Shown: positions 1 through 10,820 of the stretch, piece by piece | How the letters are laid out: each line of letters begins with the position of its first letter | Numbering within the stretch: the stretch's first letter is position 1 | Source: Basidiobolus meristosporus CBS 931.73 | Taxonomy: Eukaryota; Fungi; Basidiobolomycota | Length of the DNA stretch: 46,993 nucleotides | NCBI GenBank assembly: GCA_002104905.1 | Contig: MCFE01000679.1 | Location: forward strand, 1-46,993 | Reading direction: 5' to 3' | The notes under the pieces: generated by a model | The model's input: only the letters and a program-made list of their open reading frames with translations | Told to the model about the DNA's origin: nothing | Database searches by the model: none | Made by a program: the position numbers and the translations under genes

Positions 1-579
1 TTAAGAATAACCTGGTCTTATGGGTAGATGCAATACAGATCTGCTGTTAGGATCCTGCAATGGGGCTGTCAAAAGGCTGGCAGCTTGAAGCTATTAACCC
101 TCCTCACAGTCTTATGATGGTATTGTGATGGTGTTTTGCAGACTTTACTGCCAAATATGGTAATAAACCTGACAGTGCTCTAATAGTCCTTTGGCAGAAT
201 CTGTAGGCCATTTTAATGATTTAATGTGATCTAAATTTATTTGAGTAGACCCAATCAGTCAACAAATGCAAGTACCACATAAGGAAAGAAAGTCAACTGT
301 GTCTTGACAGCCTTGATGTGGACATCTGCGAGTATTATAATGGCAGTACCATAGCCTACAGCTAGTGCTCTAAGATGTTATTGTATCAACTTACTAAATG
401 ATATTTCATTTTTCTACCTTACTTGCACTATTGATATATTCTATACCAGAATCTTCCCTATTTATTTGCTTACCTATCACTACCTTGGGTATTCCACATA
501 AGGCTCAAGTAATAAAAACTATTGTTTCCAGCTTACTAGCCTTTACATAGACTTACACCCACTGCAATTGAAGCACTTC
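1..579 (-). mobile_element. Left-arm remnant of a CMC/EnSpm copy (subterminal region plus decayed transposase C-terminus)
   Basis: Colinear by eye with ~7230-7790, e.g. tttatttgcttacctatcactaccttgggtattccacata vs tttatttgcttacccacggctaccttgagtactccacata. The terminus lies outside the window. Confidence 0.65.
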
Positions 580-2414
580 CCCTATGAAAATTATTCTGAT
601 GATCCTGTCAAAAGGCCATCACAGATTCTGAGTCCCTTAACTAAGAGGTATTGATCCCATCAGGACACCATGCAAAGACCATCAAAAAATGATTGCACCC
701 CAGATATCACCAAAACCTTGGTCAAAATTTTTCATCACAACATTACCAAAGTGGCCTTTGATTGGTACTCTGCCAATTTTCTCACTTTCTGATCCCAGAC
801 ACTCTATCACCTCCTATGTTTGTGTACATTGATTGGCAATTGCCTCTTATTCATACTCCTTACTAATGATAACCTTTGAGTTCTTGATGTTGTTACCATG
901 TCTGTCAGTGCAATCTCCACTCTGTCCACAATGGAGAACATGGAGGCTGTAGTAGACAAATTGTCTTTCTCTGCAAACTCATCTACCTATAACTAACACA
1001 CTTGAATATTGCAAAGATATATTGCAAAGACTGACCAATGAGGTGCTAGACCATGCAGTGCTAGCTGAAGACCAGGATTTGTGGGAACCAGTAAATAAAC
1101 AGTGGCATAAAGCTGTTGGGCTCCCACTGGTGTGGTGGTGTAGAGGTACTCCTGGGAGAAGCTACACAACTCAAGGTGTATAAGGTATCTGATGGGTGCA
1201 ATAACCGTTGGGTCTGAACAGCTGGCATCTTTGTCAATATGTCAATATGGTAAAATCTTGTGCTTCTCAAGCTTCCTAGGCCTCTGTGTGTCTTGTGCAC
1301 TCTCCTGAAAAGCTCCGTGATGTCAGGTCTGAGGTGTAACTTTTGAAGATAGGAGCAGTGGTCAACTACTAATCACTAAGGTAGTAGTGTTACAGATAGA
1401 TGGGATGATTGGTTACTAAGGGATTAACATCCCTTAAATACTTTTCCAGCTTGCTAAGCAATTACTAATGACAAGGTGCTAGAAGATTCCAGGCATTAGT
1501 GTAATTCTTGATGACATCACAATGAGCCAAAAATACTCCAAGAATATCCTGGAAGGTTCTAAAAGGCACACCATATCCAACCAATCAGGAATCAGTGGTT
1601 TGAAACCAGTGTAGCATAGAGATACCATATATGGTATTGAAACAGTAGGGATGGTAACACAAACTTGGGTCATGTGCTGCAGGTACTGATGCAGGTACTT
1701 GCCTAATGTAGATACATATATTGATCACATATCTGAATAACATCTGGGATAATTAATGCTAATAACCAATCAGGAGTAACATCCTGTGGGGATAATACTA
1801 ATAATATGGGCAAAGTTGAATGGGATAATACTGATAAAATAAGATATGGATAAGTACATCATAATAGCTATATACATAAACATGTCTGTGAGAGGTATGT
1901 TTACCCTACAACACTGGAGTTGTGGACGCAGAGTGCTACAGCAGAAATATTTATTGAGTGGTGGATTTTAATGGAGTTACTTGTTGAGTGTGGGTTGGGC
2001 TTAATGTTGGTGTAGGGTATATGGAATTGTATAGGCCAATACAATTGGCAATTGAGGTACAACTGAAGATCCAATGGTAATAAATCAGTGTGTACACATA
2101 AAAGGTAAGAGTAACAGTTGAGTCAGGAAGTAAGGAGTGTGAAAAAGAGGCAACAACCAATCAATGTACACAAACATAGGAGGTGATTGAGTGTCCAGGA
2201 TCAGAAAGTAAGTGAACTGGCAAAGAACCAATCAAAAGCTACCAATATATTGTTGTGATGAAAAATTTAACCAAGTTTTTTTGTGAAATCTGAAATGCAA
2301 TTGTTCTTTATTGGTCTCTGTGCAGTGTCCTGATGGGATTAATCCCTCTTAGTTCTGGGCCTTAAAATTTGTGATGGCCTTTTGATGGGATCATCCCAGT
2401 GATTTCTCATAGGG
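580..2414. mobile_element. Rearranged CMC/EnSpm derivative bounded by two right ends in inverted orientation
   Basis: CCCTATGAAA at 580 and TCTCATAGGG ending at 2414. 580-1000 matches the reverse complement of parts of 14190-15031; 1005-2414 matches 14425-15031 forward, interrupted by a solo LTR. Confidence 0.7.
1131..1913 (-). repeat. Solo LTR, family C (short 783-bp variant)
   Basis: TG...CA ends and 4-bp TSD CTGG (1127-1130, 1914-1917). Flanks rejoin to the sequence seen uninterrupted at ~14500-14560. Homologous to 8362-9437 and 9750-10820. Confidence 0.8.
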
Positions 2415-2893
2415 ATTTCACTGACCCCACTATGGTTACAGTTTACCTTAACACTAAAGTTGCATATGACAGGGCTTTTTTGGTTCTGAGCTATGGTAGT
2501 GATTCCTTGTTGCTGGCCAAGCATCTGGAGTAACTGCTGCTAGTGGGCCAGAATTTGCTGTAGAGCATTCTTGCATTCTTGATTTTCTGATATCTTGGGA
2601 GAGACAACTTCTTTCTTCAGGCTTAAGGTTTCTGGTTTTTGCTGCTACAAATTTTTCAAGTCTTAACATTAGAGTTGTACAGGAAAAGGTAGTTTAGCTA
2701 GTATTATATTAGACTTGTTCCGTTTGATAGTGCCACATAGTGCCAGCCGGTTTATGGTGCCGGATCAATCTGGCACTCTACGGCACTATCTGGCACTATA
2801 ATTTCTACCATGATGCCAGTGGTATGATACAGTTACTGCTAATTTTACTCAATCTTACTTATGTTGCTCAGAGTAGTGCTTTCCTTGCTTAAT

Positions 2894-3778
2894 TTACTCT
2901 TCATAATGCTCCAGACACATTTCTCTCAGTGGATGTCTTCTTGTATGAACATACTGTGCATTAATAAGTATCTTAACTATTTTACCTATTCTGCTGTTTT
3001 CTCCTATATATGACTTTGCTCTGTATTTACCTGCCAATATGCTTAATCTCTTCAGATATCCAAATGTGTGCTCTACCCTTACTCTGAAATGATTAAATAT
3101 CTCATTGTAGAGCTTCTGCTTCCTGCTAAGCACACCATTCCTTGGCTTCCTATAAGCTGTAATACATCCTAATCTCTGACAATCCTCTCCTATATAGGCT
3201 AGGTCTGCCATACATTACTCCCCTCTACTGAATTCAGGATGAATCTCTACTCAGAGTGCTTTGTCATGCCTACTTCCAGCAAATGGCCCACTAAACCAGA
3301 TGTTGTTACCCTCAATGTCAGACAGTGCTTGAAACTTCACACAGTGTGCCTTGTACTTGCCAGAATAAAAGTGCCTCTGCCCTCTAGAAGGTCTGTTAAT
3401 CCTCACTGGGAAGGTATCCAAAATACTCCTGATATGGAACCTGTTGCTGAACACTCTGGGATATGGAACTCTATTGGAGCTTCTGAACCTAGTATTCCAA
3501 GCTTGCTCTAAGTCATTCATACCCTCTGCAAGGTGGTACTCCATTGCTGTCAGCTGGGAATGAAAGCTTCTAAGACTTTTGTTGCCATGGATGGAGGGAT
3601 GAAACCATGTAGGGCAATAGTTCTTGTAATAGCAGAGAAGCTTAACAAGGGATCTCCTTGAGTAGATTGGGGTTGATGGTCCACAGTACTTGAGGTAGAT
3701 CTCCTCTAGTGTGTCAAAAGGAAATCCAGTGGTAGTGATGGGATTGATGAGAAAAGACCATTCAGATGAGCAAATCAT
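2894..3778 (-). pseudogene. DDE_Tnp_4-type (Harbinger/IS5-like) transposase, 294 codons, two in-frame stops
   Basis: ORFs 3251-3778 and 2894-3211 share one frame, separated by TGA (3251-3253) and TAA (3215-3217). Motifs LDTFPV, YSGKYKAHCVKFQ, GSRHD, ADLAYIG, RVRVEHTFGYLK. Confidence 0.88.
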
Positions 3779-4137
3779 ATTAAAATTGATGGATGATTGT
3801 ATGGAGGCGGTTTAAATTGATTTGGCACGATCTGCGTTATTTATCTGATCTTTGATACACTATGGTTAAATCTCCATCAATTGCCATGTATCCTATCATT
3901 ATGTTGCAAAAATCATCCGCAAACAATGCCTTGGTACTTTTATTGATGCTTTAATCATAGGTCTATAATTAAATAGGAAATCTGCAATTGATGTGATCTG
4001 ATCTGTGTCAATGCGATCCAAGATGCATCATGCATAATATATGGAAAATTCAACAATCACATTAGTTTTCATATATATCTCTTATAAGACCAGGTTGATG
4101 CCACTATACTGCTGTATAAGTATCCAAATCCATTGCT

Positions 4138-5520
4138 ATGGTCCCCATACCAAGCCTCAACTCATCTTTAGTACAACCCAGACAGAACCCATCCCCCAGC
4201 TCACAAGCGCGGTCCAGACCGGAAAAGTCAATGTTGGATCTGTTTGAGTTCTTGCCAAATGATTTTAGTATGGCCCAAGTGTCTATGATGAGCCTTCATA
4301 CAGATATTTGGGCACTACTGATTAATCTAGCAAAACTAGATACCTCAGAGAGTCGACAAAGATGGAAGAATTTAAGTAGAAAGCTGTGGCATGAGCTCTA
4401 CATCAAGATGCCAGCCAATGTATGTAAAAGATATATAACAAGACAAGTATTGAAATCAAGAATGAGCTGAGAGTGAGGGGATTTGACAAAGAAGCCGTGC
4501 AGGAACAACTTTGCACGCAATTTGCACAGTATGGGCCAGACGCGTCTGTTTGTGCCTCAACTTTGGGAACCAAAGAGATTTTGAATGAGTTTTTGCCTCA
4601 AATGACTAATGTACTACGTGATATATTAGTAGAGCCAAGTGGCTTTTGAGAGCAATATACACAGGACTCATCCAGGCAACAGCTCCAAAGTATCTGACAG
4701 AGGGTAAGTGAATACCTTGAGGAATCAGATGGTGAGCTTCAGGAGGAAGAATACAGACCGCAAGCAACATTGTCCAGATTGCGCCAGCACACCTTGCTGG
4801 ATTCCCTACCATCTCTTGCAACCACAGCGCGCCGGTGCACGCCAGTCCAGACCACGCCAACACCCTTCACCAGAACGCCCCGCATCAAGTCAATGCGCAT
4901 GCTTCAGAGCAAAACTACAAGAACTTGCCAAACTGCTCATTTAGACACAAGTCCATTGGAGCAGACCAAGTTGCGTCAACATGCAGCATCACATTGAACT
5001 CAGCCAAGGGCCATCTCAATGTGTCAAGGCGCACCTGCACGTGCCGTTTTGCCTGACCATCAGCAAGTTACTTGTGGTGAGCTGACTGATGATGACCAAC
5101 ATGAAGTGCCTCAACCACTGGAGCCCTTGGCAAGTAAAAGAACATGTCAGCGTGTGGCACTACAGGCCGGTGCAGTTGGTTCAGTTGGGGTGATTCAGCG
5201 CGGCCAAGCTGCAGCATCGCACTCATCAACTAGGAGGCAAAATACTGACTATAAATACACAAGTAGCCAAGATGATAGTCAGCCAGGAAGTAGTATATGT
5301 GTGCAAAGTGAGTCACTACCAAATGCTTCAGTAGTAATCCCTGTGAGAAAGAAACCCAGGAGAAGATGATGCAATTGCTTTGAATTGCTCACATTTGTAA
5401 TGATCCCAACAACCCTTTTTTTTGCAATCCAAATCAAGCCATTGCAAATCGGTGATCATCAAATTTTTGATATAAGTAATATCAAGGTCATCTCACATTT
5501 GAGACAGAACCCCTATAAAT
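4138..5520 (+). pseudogene. PHIS second gene (uncharacterised partner protein), probably spliced, inactivated
   Basis: Frame from 4138, then a long frame ~4443-5370 broken only by TGA codons, then a third frame (..IKPLQIGDHQIFDISNIKVISHL..) conserved in the copy at 17297-18323. Exon limits are inferred. Confidence 0.6.
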
Positions 5521-6359
5521 AAACACCCTGCATATATATACGTCATCTGTAATACTAGTGCAGCTATTGGATCTGTTTTGCACCTACACAATTGCTTGCG
5601 TGCTAGCTATGACACCTTGTCCAATCACTAGGATCAGGGATTTACTTGCTCAATGGGCAAAATGGGATATTTGATGGCAAATCAGGTAGCTTTTTCAGTA
5701 GTCAATGAGCCAATTGGGGGCTGCCAGCTTCAGGATACTTTTGGACCAATTAACCACTGAGATACCATCTAATTGGAGTGAGGGTAACCAAAATGGTAAG
5801 TATCAGTGTAGTTTATAGTGTGATACACATTTATTTCCATTTACATTAAAGAAACATATCCAAATACTGGATTTTACCTGCCATAATAGCTGTATCCAAT
5901 TGCGCACGTGATGCAAACATTACAAGTTGGCGCAATCATCCATGCCAACCTCATTGTGTCAGATAGTGCCATAGTGTGTGAGATTGTCCCGCATAGTGCA
6001 AAATTGTCCAAGAACAATCCTGCCTTCTGGTTGCTATAATATTGCGCCCAATTGTTCTTTACAACCGTAGATTGCGCCGTGCATCCTGGCACAGTACAAT
6101 GGAACAAGTCTATTCACTAAAAACTGAACTGATCATTATTGAGGTTCTATCAGATCCTTATATACATTTTGCCAGATCAATAGCTGACTAATTATATTTT
6201 CTAATGTAAGTTGTGGTTGATGACTCATATGATTGCATCTTCATCACCCAATCAGATCTAACTTAATATATCTATTTCTGGCTGATAAGGATATGCTGAT
6301 TCATCTGCTGAATAATACTGCTGATTTGATAGATAATACTGATATACTGCTTGGTCAAG

Positions 6360-7200
6360 CATAGAGCTAACTGCTTTGACCAAAATCTAAACTACATTAG
6401 ACATTCCAGTATCAGCTTGTAACAACATCATATGCCAAGAAACTGCCCAGAAATTTGCCAAAATTTGAGCTGGAAAGTGTAAACTGTATATTTCTGGGCT
6501 ATTACAATGAGAGTATAGCTAACCAATGCTACAATATCATGGTAAAGAATATGATTAAATGTAGGGCAGTGTTGTTTGATGAAAGTTCAAAATTTCAAAA
6601 AAAGGATATCAGATTATGCTAGATATTTAATCTGCAGTCCACTTTTAGTCAGGATTGATCAGACCAAAACAATTAAAGTTTTTTCACTCCAGAGGATTGT
6701 AAACTATGTTGTAGCCTTAATCAGTGCACAAGGATAACCCAGAAGCAATCATTCTAGTACTACATGCCAGGAGTTCTAACTTGACCACAAATAACCTTAG
6801 TTATTATATCAGTGAGGGTACAAACTTAGCCTATGCAATTCAGTCCAAATTGATGAGCCCCAGACTGTAAAAGAGGCCCAAAATAGCTCTTAGATGAGGT
6901 TTTGGAGCTCACAATGACTGAGGAGTATCAGGCACTGATGGAAAACCACACTTGGGACTTTCCAGTCAGCCAAAAATCAATTGGATGTGGTTGGGCCTTC
7001 AATACAAAACACAAGGCTGACTATACACTCAAAAGATACAAAGCAATGCTTGTGGCCAAAGAATACTCTCAAACCAAAGGACTTGACTATATTGAGGTCT
7101 TTGCCCCAGTATAATATAGATATGTTTAGTCCCTTTATATTGATATTGGCTATTGTAGCCAACTGTCAGTTTTTAATACATCAAATGGATGTAGAACTGC
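6360..7200 (+). pseudogene. Ty1/Copia family D remnant, left part (integrase C-terminus, linker, RT start)
   Basis: Decayed motifs VNCIFLGYY, QALMENHTW, RYKAMLVAKEYSQTKGLDYIEVFAPV, IHQMDV. Interrupted by the CMC element at 7201. Confidence 0.8.
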
Positions 7201-8361
7201 CCCTATGAAGAATAAATTGGGCCCATGGGTGGATCCAATCTAGATCAGTCATCAGGATCCTGTTCAGAGACCATCATAACACCAGCAGCTTGGAATTTGT
7301 GACCCTTCTAACAAACTTATGTCAGGATCACAATGGCATTTTGCTAAATTTATAACCAAATAAAGGGATAAAACTTGTCAAGATTTAATTGGTGCTGTGA
7401 CAATAACTGCATGGTATTGTTGCAGTCTTTTAGCACTCTACAACTATTCTAAGTGGATCCAACCAGCTAGGACATCCAATTGTCTTATATGGCAAGAAAC
7501 TTGATGGTATTTTGATGGCCTCATAGCAAGACTCTGATAGCATTATATTGGCAGTGTGATGGCCCACAGCTGGTTCTGTATAATGCTACTGTACCAATTT
7601 ACCAAATGGTACTACCTTTCTCTACCTCCCCTTGTGCAATTCATATATTCCATTGTAGAATCACCCCTCTTTATTTGCTTACCCACGGCTACCTTGAGTA
7701 CTCCACATATAGTTGAATTTAAAAAAAACTATGGCCTTTTGCTTACTAAGCTTTACCAATGCGCACACCTACTGCAATTGATATACTTCTATCACCTCAA
7801 CTTTGCAGCCTTTTAGTGCAATACTTGCAAAGTTGTCATATACCTTGTATTGCTGGTAACATATACATCTTGCAAACATATGCTTAGTTGTTGCCACTTC
7901 TGCCATGAATACCTCCTGAACATTTGCAAAGAATTTCTTGATATTTAGCCTATATATTCCTTCTCCCTGCTGGATTCTAGTCCCCCTTATAGGTGTACTC
8001 TGGCTTTTTTTTGTGTGGATTTCCATATTGAATGGTGTAGAAGTTGGCTTGTGACTAAGAGAAGCCTGGCATACCTTGGTAGAGCTTTCCTGATAAAAAT
8101 TAGTTGCTTGTTGTACCCAACCCAACTTTGAATTACTTAACTGATTACCCATGCTTTGGGGCTGCTTAGCTTCCTAATGCCATAGGCATAGGTGTATCCA
8201 TGTGCCAACTCAACACATCCATGATGGCCTTGAAGGTAATAATCTTGATGAGATTAGGATATGGTGGTAGCTGCAACTTGACTTGTCTTCCTATCTCCCC
8301 ACACATCCACTCCATAAGAAACTCCCAAAAGGTGAAGCAAGGCCCAATATTCTCCACATGC

Positions 8362-9437
8362 TGTAGTGGGGTTACAGTGACACCCACAGGCAGTTGTGCT
8401 CATTCCCATATGTTCACTTCCCTAAAAAGGATTACCCCCCTATATTAGTATCATCCCAAATTGCAATATTTTCTATTCTGTCTATGTGATTATTACTATG
8501 CAACCTGACAAACTATTTGTCACTATTAACCCATTGCACAAGCTATTCCTATTCCTTGCAAAGAAACCAAGATAAGATAGTTACCATATAAGGCAAGTAC
8601 CCCCAACAGTGCCTATGTCATGCAACCATCCGGGTTTCATGACCCTCCTATCCCACTACCATATGAGGTAACTACATGACACAGAGGTTTCATATTACCA
8701 CTATCTGATTGGCTAGGTGCTACTATGTCTCATGGAACAACCCACCAAGAACTTGAGCTACTTTTAGTACACAATGGCATGATTGGCTGCCTACTGCCTT
8801 CTGGAAACTTCTGGAAAGTATTTTCTAGCAAGAATTTGAGCAGCAAAAAAGTATTTAAGGGAGGCTATTCCTTAAAATAAATCATCCCTCTTCTAATATT
8901 CTAACTTATTGATTAGTGAGATCACCACTACCTATTACCACTACTTTCTGACTCAGACCTGACAATACTCCCAGGAAACCGTGCTGACAGCCAACTGACC
9001 TTGGAGGTACTACTTGTGAGGAATACTCAGAGTAGGTATATTTTATTATATTTGATTCTTTCCCAAGTTTGTTCTTGTACAGGCAAAGATACATTTCAGT
9101 CTTTGTAACTATTGGTTAAAGCTGCATTCTATCAAGTCCCTGTTGGTGGAGTTTACAGTTGTTTTGACTTTAGAAGCTTTAGTACATTGTCATCTCAAAG
9201 GACATCAAAGCCATAATAAACTTTTGTTAAGACACCAACTAAGTTGGGAATTTTAATTCAATAGTTTTCCCTTGACAAGCTTGAGGCTTTATCCCCCTTC
9301 TCATTAGATTAAACAAAAGACCCAGTATTCCTAGCAAGCTTTTGCCAGAGTTTATTGCACCCAGTGAACACCTCACACACATTCACACTTGAGAAGTGTT
9401 GGCCGTATTTTGCCCTTTGGACTTATACACCACCACA
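8362..9437 (+). repeat. Solo LTR, family C (1076 bp)
   Basis: TGTAGTGG...CCACCACA ends; TSD ATGC (8358-8361, 9438-9441); TATA-like TATTTAAGGG near 8852. Confidence 0.88.
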
Positions 9438-9749
9438 ATGCAGTGCAAGATGGAGTAGAGAATGGATACAGTAGTGGCAGAGATCTATGTGCTCAGCTTT
9501 TTGTTAGTAGTATAGCCACTCAAATCCTGTCACAAACTCCTTGCACAACAGCTGTAGATATATCAAGTTGGCATTGGTGATTACTTCTGGATAAATATTC
9601 CTACAATGTCCACATATGACTCCCAATGCTTCAAATGTACTCTTGGTAGCAATGGCCTCAGAATGCCACTTGAATAAATACATATTTAGTTCATCCAGTC
9701 TTTGCATTTGTATTATTGCATATGCATATGAATATTAATTGGAGCCTGT

Positions 9750-10820
9750 TGTAGTGGGGTCACAGTGACACCCACTGACAGACATGCTTATTCCCATATT
9801 TTCTACTTCCCTATATCTCTACTACACTTATTTCAGTTTTATCCCATTTGTCTTACCTGATCTGTACTATCTCATAAGCTGGCTGACTATCACACCTGCT
9901 TACCTTATTGCATAGGTTATCCCTCACTTTATGTAAGATTACTAGCTGTAAGTGCTTCTATATTAGGCAAGTACCCATGCCAGTACCTGTGACATATAAT
10001 CAACCCATGGCACCATCCCCACCATTTCCATACCATACATGGTATCCCTATGTTACACAGGTTTTGGAGTACTGATTCCTAATTGGTTGGATGTGCTGTT
10101 CCTCTCAGAACCTTCCAGCACTTACTTAGAATACTCTTAGCTCATTCTGATGTCATTAAGATTTCTATTGATCTCTGGAACCTTCTGGAACACCATGATT
10201 AGTATTCACCTTGCCAGTGAGAAAAGTATGTAAGGGAGGCAATCCCTCAACAAAAAATCATCTTCCCTTCTATCAATTTACCAGCTTGTAGATTAGTATG
10301 ATCACTGCTACCTACTGCTACCTGAACTTCCAACCCCAGACCACAGTACACTCCCAGGAAACTGCACTGACAGCCATATGACTTTTGAAGCACTATTTGT
10401 GAGGAATACTCAGAGTAGGTATCTTTCATTATAATTGAATCTTTCCCAAGTTTGTTCTTGTACAGGCAAAGATACTTATCTGTCCTTGTAACTATTGACC
10501 ACAGCTGCATTCTTATCTAGTCCCTGCTGGTGGAGTTTACAGTTGTTTTGACTTTGGAAGCTTTTGTACATTTTCATCTCAAAGGATGCTGAGCCCAACA
10601 TATACTTTTGTTAAGATGCCAACTAAGTTGAAGATTGTAGCTCAATAGTTCTCCCTTGACAAGCTTGTGGCTTTATTCCCAATCACATTTGATTAGAAAC
10701 AGAATCCTAGTATTTCTAGCAAGCTTTTGCCAAAGGCTATTTCACCCAGTGAACACCACACACAAAAAACACTTGAGAAGTGTTGGACATATCTCTCCCT
10801 TGGACCTATACACCACCACA
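9750..10820 (+). repeat. Solo LTR, family C (1071 bp)
   Basis: TGTAGTGG...CCACCACA ends; TSD CTGT (9746-9749, 10821-10824); colinear with 8362-9437. Confidence 0.88.

Larger units (their letters stand above)
2711..6111. mobile_element. Full-length PIF/Harbinger-superfamily (PHIS) DNA transposon, 3401 bp, two divergent genes
   Basis: Perfect 11-bp TIRs AGACTTGTTCC (2711-2721, 6101-6111; 20/25 when extended). 3-bp TSD ATT confirmed by the empty LTR site. Subterminal TAGTGCCA/TGGCACTA repeats. Encodes a DDE transposase. Confidence 0.92.
2415..6350 (-). mobile_element. Decayed Gypsy-A 5' remnant (gag start, PBS, LTR) split by the PHIS transposon
   Basis: 2415-2650 matches gag start and PBS. The LTR reads ...gctagtattatATT at 2710 and resumes ATTcactaaaa at 6112, versus gctagtattgtattcactaaaa in uninterrupted LTRs. 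Confidence 0.85.

Noticed and set aside
2727-2800. Short repeats with spacers (TAGTGCCA/TGGCACTA), CRISPR-like at a glance; also 19700-19760 and 39570-39660
   Set aside because: Irregular spacing, mixed orientation and position beside TIRs mark them as transposon subterminal repeats.
4420-4442. 23-nt ultrashort intron as a novelty
   Set aside because: A 41-nt alternative or a simple frameshift explains the data equally well; kept only as an option in the ORF2 finding.
9742-9757. Apparent CACTA terminus (reverse complement CACTACAAC)
   Set aside because: It straddles the start of solo LTR-C. The transposase continues across this point and the true termini are at 7201 and 15031.
9761-9767. 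CACAGTG, the V(D)J/Transib heptamer
   Set aside because: No nonamer at 12 or 23 bp spacing, and it lies inside an LTR defined by its own TSD.
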